DNA of 61,714 nt, from NCBI GenBank assembly GCA_031414955.1, contig JANOQV010000288.1:1-61714 (forward strand), read 5' to 3'. This document shows, piece by piece, positions 56,983 to 61,714 of this stretch; position 1 is the first letter of the stretch; each line of letters opens with the position of its first letter. The DNA comes from Pedosphaera sp. Its GTDB lineage: Bacteria; Verrucomicrobiota; Verrucomicrobiia; Limisphaerales; SIBH01. The position numbers were made by a program, and so were the translations under genes. The notes below the pieces were generated by a model. It was given only the letters and a program-made list of their open reading frames with translations. It had not been told where the DNA came from and made no database searches.

Positions 56983-58920
56983 ATGAGTGACACCGCCGTC
57001 GTCGGCCCGACGTGGAACATCGAGTCCGCGCGCAACCTCTATAACGTCCAGCGCTGGGGCTCGAAGTATTTTGACATCAACGAGGCCGGCCATGTCGTGG
57101 CCACGCCGCTCCAGGAGGCGGGCACGGCCGTGGATCTGACCGACGTGATCGAGGAGGCCAAAAGCCGCGGCTTGAAGTTTCCACTGCTGATTCGTTTCCA
57201 GGACATCCTGCGCCATCGGGTCGAGGCGTTGAACACCGCCTTCCGCAACTCGATCAAGGAGTTCAATTATCAGGGCGAGTATCGCGGCGTGTTCCCGATC
57301 AAGGTGAACCAGCTCCGCGAGGTGGTGGAGGAAATTCTCGAAGCGGGCAAGCCGTTCAACTTCGGTCTCGAGGTCGGGAGCAAGCCGGAGCTTTACGCCG
57401 GGCTGGCCATGCAGCCGGAGATGGGCAGCCTGATCATCTGCAACGGTTACAAGGACGCGGACTTCATCAGGATGGCGCTGCTCGGCATCAAGCTCGGCAA
57501 GCGCGTCATCATGGTGGTGGAGAAGTTGGAGGAGTTGAAGCAGATCATCACCATCTCGAAACAGATCGGGGTGGAGCCGCTCATTGGCATCCGCGCGCGG
57601 TTGCTGAGCAAGGGCGCGGGCAAGTGGGCCGAAAGCGGGGGCGAGAACGCGAAGTTCGGCCTGAGCACGGCGGAACTGCTGGCCGCCACCGAACTGATGA
57701 AGCGCGAAGGGCTGGCGCATTGTTTCAAGCTGCTCCACTTCCACATCGGCTCGCAGGTGCCGGACATTCTCACGGTCAAGAAGGCGGTGCAGGAGGCGGC
57801 GCGCTTCTACGCCAAGCTGCGCAAGATGGGCTACGCCCTGGAATACGTCGATGTCGGCGGCGGTCTGGGCGTGGATTACGACGGCTCACGATCGGCCTTT
57901 GAAAGCTCCACCAACTACTCGTTGCAGGAGTACACCAACGACATCGTTTATTACATCGCCGATGTGTGCAACGCCGAGGGCGTGCCGCATCCAACCATCG
58001 TCAGCGAGAGCGGCCGCGCCATCGTCGCGCATCACAGCGTCCTCATCGTCGAAGTGTTCGGGGCGATCGAGAAAAGCCCGCCGGGGATTCAATTCGAGTA
58101 CGGCGAGAACGAGATTCCCATCGTGCGTGAGCTGCTCGACATGCGGAAGAACCTGGCCAAGCTGAACAAGCTCGAAGCCTTTCACGACGCCCAGGAGCGC
58201 CGCGAGGACGCGCACCAGATGTTCACGCTGGGCCTGATGGAATTGCCGGACAAGGCCAAGATCGAATGCCTCTACTGGGAGATTTCGCAGGCCGTGGTCG
58301 AGAGCTTCAAGGGCCAGGCCTACATCCCCGAGGAAATCCGCAAGCTCGAGGACAGCCTCGCCGATCAATACCTCTGCAATTTCTCCGTCTTCCAGTCGCT
58401 GCTCGATCACTGGGCGCTGGGACAATTGTTTCCCATCATGCCCATCAGCCGGCTGGATGAGCGGCCCACGCGCGAGGGCACGCTGGTGGACATCACCTGC
58501 GATTCAGACGGGCAGATCAACAAGTTCATCGACCTGCGCGATGTGCGCGACACGCTGCCCATGCATCCGCTGCGGCAGAATGAGAACGGCCAGGAGCCGT
58601 ACCATCTCGGCTTTTTCCTGATGGGCGCGTATCAGGACATCATGGGCGACCTGCACAATCTCTTTGGCCGCGTGAATGAGATGCACGTCTTCCTCGACCC
58701 GGACGAGGCGGCGGGATATTACATTGAGGAGATCATCGAGGGCACAACCATCGTGCAGGCGTTGACCTCGGTGCAGTACGACGAAAAGGATCTGGCGCGG
58801 CAGTTGAAGGCGCAGATCGACGACGCCATCAAGAGTGACCGGATCAAGCCATCCGAGGGGATGCGATGGCTGGACGAGTATGAACGCGGTCTCCGCGAAT
58901 ACACTTACCTCTCGTTCTGA
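56983..58920 (+). CDS. speA: Biosynthetic arginine decarboxylase
   Basis: FPIKVNQ, GLEVGSKPEL, KFGL, HFHIGSQ, DVGGGLGVDYDG, DITCDSDG, GAYQDIMGDLHNLFG. Confidence 0.97.
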   Translation: MSDTAVVGPTWNIESARNLYNVQRWGSKYFDINEAGHVVATPLQEAGTAVDLTDVIEEAKSRGLKFPLLIRFQDILRHRVEALNTAFRNSIKEFNYQGEYRGVFPIKVNQLREVVEEILEAGKPFNFGLEVGSKPELYAGLAMQPEMGSLIICNGYKDADFIRMALLGIKLGKRVIMVVEKLEELKQIITISKQIGVEPLIGIRARLLSKGAGKWAESGGENAKFGLSTAELLAATELMKREGLAHCFKLLHFHIGSQVPDILTVKKAVQEAARFYAKLRKMGYALEYVDVGGGLGVDYDGSRSAFESSTNYSLQEYTNDIVYYIADVCNAEGVPHPTIVSESGRAIVAHHSVLIVEVFGAIEKSPPGIQFEYGENEIPIVRELLDMRKNLAKLNKLEAFHDAQERREDAHQMFTLGLMELPDKAKIECLYWEISQAVVESFKGQAYIPEEIRKLEDSLADQYLCNFSVFQSLLDHWALGQLFPIMPISRLDERPTREGTLVDITCDSDGQINKFIDLRDVRDTLPMHPLRQNENGQEPYHLGFFLMGAYQDIMGDLHNLFGRVNEMHVFLDPDEAAGYYIEEIIEGTTIVQALTSVQYDEKDLARQLKAQIDDAIKSDRIKPSEGMRWLDEYERGLREYTYLSF

Positions 58921-58927
58921 GGCGGCC

Positions 58928-59653
58928 ATGCCCGAGGCCGATCGCAACGCTCTGCTGCTCGGTGCGCTGCGCCGCCTGGTGCGGGCTCTCTCGGCACTTT
59001 TCTGGGGTCTGCCCATCACGCTGGTGCTGGCCGTGCAGACGGGCAAAGGCGACTGGTTCAAACCGCTGGGCTTTGTCCCGATCACCTGCGGCATGACCAT
59101 GCTCTTCTACGGCACAATTCTCCTGAGCAAGTTTCAATCACAGGAGCGCGTCTGGCGCAACGCGGTCGAACGGGCGCGGCTCGTGGCGCTGGTCAACCTC
59201 GGCCTCTCACCCTTCCTCTTTTTCTGGAGCAAGGTGCCGGGACAGATGCTCTTCACCGTCATGGTCGTGGCGCTCGTGTTCGGCATGCTGGCCTTCCTTT
59301 TCCTGCTCAACACCGTGCTGGCGCGGCTCGCGGCGATGCTGCCCGATGAAACCCTGCGTGGCGAAACCAAGGTTTTCACCCGCCTGAACCAGACCATCCT
59401 CCTCACTCTTATCGGCACCCTGCCCTTCTGGTTCGTGCTGCACCGGGCAGAAACGCTGCCGCGGGTGGTGGTGGAAGCGTTGCTCCTGTTCCAACGTGGG
59501 GGCGTGATGCTCGAACTGCTGCTGATCATGTTCTTCCTCCTCCTGCCCGTGGCCATGACCATGGCCCTGCTGTGGAAGACGAAGGAAACGATCATGGCCG
59601 GCGTGTTCTCCAACCGGGGCAACGAACTGCCGCGCGCGGCGGATGAGCCGTAG
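58928..59653 (+). CDS. Hypothetical multi-pass membrane protein
   Basis: About six hydrophobic helices; host-like codon usage; starts 7 nt after the speA stop. Confidence 0.75.
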   Translation: MPEADRNALLLGALRRLVRALSALFWGLPITLVLAVQTGKGDWFKPLGFVPITCGMTMLFYGTILLSKFQSQERVWRNAVERARLVALVNLGLSPFLFFWSKVPGQMLFTVMVVALVFGMLAFLFLLNTVLARLAAMLPDETLRGETKVFTRLNQTILLTLIGTLPFWFVLHRAETLPRVVVEALLLFQRGGVMLELLLIMFFLLLPVAMTMALLWKTKETIMAGVFSNRGNELPRAADEP

Positions 59654-59741
59654 GCGCCCGGCCGGGATGGGCAACGGCCCGGCGCGCGCGAAGAAATGGT
59701 CTCGCGAAGGGAAGGCCGGCGGCGAAGAGAAAAGATTGATC

Positions 59742-59843
59742 GGTAGGGCGACGCTGTCCTCAGCGCGCCGGGGTGGGTCGTGGGCGGTGCAGGAACTCTC
59801 CTCCGTTCGTGGCCCGGCGCGCTGGGGACAGCGCCGCCCTACC
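59742..59843. repeat. Intergenic GTAG-type REPIN (family A) between convergent genes, followed by (GACCCTC)x3
   Basis: GGTAGGGCGACGCTGTCCTCAGCGCGCCG ... CGGCGCGCTGGGGACAGCGCCGCCCTACC inverted arms. Confidence 0.9.
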
Positions 59844-59868
59844 TGACCCTCGACCCTCGACCCTCGAC

Positions 59869-60330
59869 CTATTTGATCCTGATGATCAGCACCATGTCGC
59901 AATACGGCGGAAAGCTCGAGGCCGGGTCGCTGGTATAATTGCCCGGCGGCAACACCGTCACATCCGCGCCCGACTGCACCGAGCCGCCGTTGATGTTCAA
60001 GGGCAGCCCATGCGAATGATTCTCCGCGCCGCCGGTGCCGCCGCTGAAGTTCGCCCCGCGCAGGAAGACCGGCACCCCGCCCTGCGCGCCGTTCAAGTCC
60101 TGGAGATTCTGCCCGAAGTACGGCGAGGCCGCATCCGTCACCGCCTGCCCGTTGCATTCCATCCACGAGTCCGAAAGCGCGGGCGTGCCGGGCCGGGTCT
60201 TGTCCCAATGCTTCACCGTGCCGATCGGCTCCAGCGCATCGATGAGCGCCTTGAGGGAATTGAATTGATCCCGCCACTGTTGCGAGATGAGGCCCGCGGC
60301 GTGCGGGGGAAAGTTTGGATCGAAGGGCAT
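59869..60330 (-). CDS. Small phage-tail-collar-like domain protein
   Basis: 'PIGTV..W......W.ECNGQ.......DL.....FLRG....GGTGGAE.H.H....PPY......I' collar-like pattern; N-terminus MPFDPNFP. Confidence 0.7.
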   Translation of the reverse strand: MPFDPNFPPHAAGLISQQWRDQFNSLKALIDALEPIGTVKHWDKTRPGTPALSDSWMECNGQAVTDAASPYFGQNLQDLNGAQGGVPVFLRGANFSGGTGGAENHSHGLPLNINGGSVQSGADVTVLPPGNYTSDPASSFPPYCDMVLIIRIK

Positions 60331-60380
60331 AAATAAAAAAGGCAGGCCCGGGAGGGCGCCCACAGGCGCGGTCCCGGGCC
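60331..60380 (-). terminator. Terminator/attenuator-like hairpin + U-tract directly before the collar gene ATG
   Basis: GGCCCGGGA..GCGCC-loop-GGCGC..TCCCGGGCC stem (60345-60380), then TGCC TTTTTTATTT ATG on the minus strand. Confidence 0.6.
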
Positions 60381-60390
60381 GCTCCTTGGA

Positions 60391-61122
60391 TTAAACCACG
60401 CGGATGCTCGCGATGTCGCTCCACTCGCTCCAGCCGCCGTTCGTGCCGAAGGCCGACATCTGCATGTAGCACAAACCGATGGGCACATTCTTGGCCGTGA
60501 AGCTCGACTTCGTCCCCTCGTAAACCGTCGTTGGCAGGCTCTCCGGGGTGGCCCCGCAACGCACCCGGTACATCTTGGAGTGCGACACCCGATCACAGCC
60601 GCCATCCACCTCGCCGCTGTGATCGCCCTGCGAGATGTGAAAATTCTCCGGCCGCTCCACCTCGGGCGCCGGCTCCGCGTCGGCCTTGAGCGTGAGATTG
60701 GCCGAGAGCAATTTCTCCCGCGCCACTTCCTCCGGGTCGTTCTTCACCGTGTCCTGGCAGTTGGCCACCACGGCGCGCAACACGTTGCGCAGCGCGTCCA
60801 CCTTCTGCTCCAGGATGTCCTCCTGCGCGACCAGCGCCGCCGCCGCCGCGCCCACGATCACCTCCTGATCCGACACCGCCGTGATGGCCGTGTCGATCTG
60901 CGCCGGGGTGGGGGATGGCGTGGGGAAGCTGGCATTGCCCGTCAATCCCGTCTTGATGCTGCCCGCCAGCGTCTTCAAAGCAGCGATGGTGATCTTCGTT
61001 AGTTTTAATGCGACTTGAATCATGGTGCCCTTTCTCCCCCCGCCCACCACCGGCTCCACGTCGAAAAAAACGGTCCCCGAGTCCATGAGGATCAGGGGAT
61101 TTTGATCAAATCCGGGAGCCAT
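60391..61122 (-). CDS. Helical N-domain + fibronectin type III-like C-domain protein
   Basis: 'LTGNASFPTPSPT...I..AI' helical region; C-terminal 'P.NF.ISQGD.SG....Y........S.....A.GT.G.WSEWSD' FN3-like pattern. Confidence 0.75.
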   Translation of the reverse strand: MAPGFDQNPLILMDSGTVFFDVEPVVGGGRKGTMIQVALKLTKITIAALKTLAGSIKTGLTGNASFPTPSPTPAQIDTAITAVSDQEVIVGAAAAALVAQEDILEQKVDALRNVLRAVVANCQDTVKNDPEEVAREKLLSANLTLKADAEPAPEVERPENFHISQGDHSGEVDGGCDRVSHSKMYRVRCGATPESLPTTVYEGTKSSFTAKNVPIGLCYMQMSAFGTNGGWSEWSDIASIRVV

Positions 61123-61220
61123 AAATAGTTAGTGGCAGGTTCTCTATGGGGAACGGAGCGACACTGACCCGTTTGCTTTCTGATGCAACAGCAATCTTGA
61201 ACAAAGATTTCCCGCCCGCT

Positions 61221-61570
61221 GCGCCAGGTGACGCCGGCCTTGCGCCACGCCGCTCCAGCCACGCGCCAGGTGGGGCCGACTCACCGCCATCTCGCCGCGA
61301 GCCGCCGCCAGGTGGCGCTGAACTCGCGCCACCCCGCCCGAGCCTGAAGGCAGGTGGCACCGGACCCGCGCCAGGTCGCTCCGCACCGCCGCCAGATGAT
61401 GCCAACCTCCAGCCAGATGGCACCCACTTCGCGCCAGGTGACGCCAGCTCCCGGCGATGCGGCGCTGACTCGCCGCCAGGTGGCCCGACAACGCCGCCAC
61501 CTGGCTCCAGTTCCAAACCATGTGGCGCAGCTTCAAAACCATGTGGAATAGGATTCAAACCATGTGTCGC
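61221..61570. repeat. Degenerate tandem array, 17 units, exact 21-bp period, core (G/A)CCA(G/T)GTG
   Basis: The CCA core (GCA or CGA in two units) recurs at 61224, 61245, 61266 ... 61560 with no register shift; the other ~13 nt of each unit vary. Confidence 0.9.
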
Positions 61571-61689
61571 CAGAAAAAATCCACAGGGCAAACGAGTCGG
61601 AACACAGGTTTCCGCAGCAGGTTGAGGTGGTTTTCAGTGAACTGCACAAAAAGAGCCAACTCCGCCGCCTGCCCCCCTGCCCATGAACC

Positions 61690-61712
61690 GGAGCGCCGGC
61701 GTCCTCGCCGGC
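61690..61712. repeat. REP-like palindrome at the window end
   Basis: GGAGC-GCCGGCG-TCCT-CGCCGGC. Confidence 0.6.
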
Positions 61713-61714
61713 TT

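Noticed and set aside
59869..60330. Prophage
   Set aside because: No integrase, terminase, capsid or other tail genes in the window.
61221..61570. CRISPR or TIGR-type guide array
   Set aside because: The conserved core is only ~7-8 nt and degenerate, the unit is 21 nt (too short for CRISPR and not the ~36-nt TIGR layout), and no cas or Nop-domain gene is adjacent.
1..61714. tRNA/rRNA genes and a RAYT transposase
   Set aside because: None recognised by eye; tRNAscan or HMM searches would be needed to exclude them.

Overview
GC-rich bacterial chromosomal segment. It is most likely from Verrucomicrobiota (Pedosphaera/Limisphaera-like); this is inferred from the PVC-type dehydrogenase, DUF1080/ThuA genes, an ECF-sigma/Ser-Thr kinase pair and the repeat families. 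The window starts inside a probable IS630-family element and ends at a REP-like palindrome. Main content: a DUF1080-ThuA-ThuA-PVC dehydrogenase operon; a sigma54-type operon encoding a DmsB/DmsC-like fusion and a NasA/NarB-like nitrate reductase, divergent from a LysR gene; a REC-PAS-PP2C phosphatase; a sugar ABC operon interrupted by a RelE/ParE toxin-antitoxin pair; the ffs-dnaX-ybaB-recR-HAD cluster; yajQ; an ECF sigma + LRR kinase + secreted beta-helix module; CotH; a surface-glycosylation cluster with one frameshifted gene; an Aas-like gene; a probable sugar-catabolic operon built around a highly divergent RuBisCO-like protein; lptD; speA; and an FN3 + tail-collar gene pair preceded by a 17-unit array with a strict 21-bp period. 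Best leads: (1) the 21-bp phased array with the FN3/collar cassette, (2) the divergent RLP operon, (3) REP/REPIN-like palindromes inserted in-frame in enzyme genes, with intergenic copies in the same window, (4) a protein made of three tandem HisKA/DHp-like modules. All family calls come from motif recognition by eye; no searches were run.
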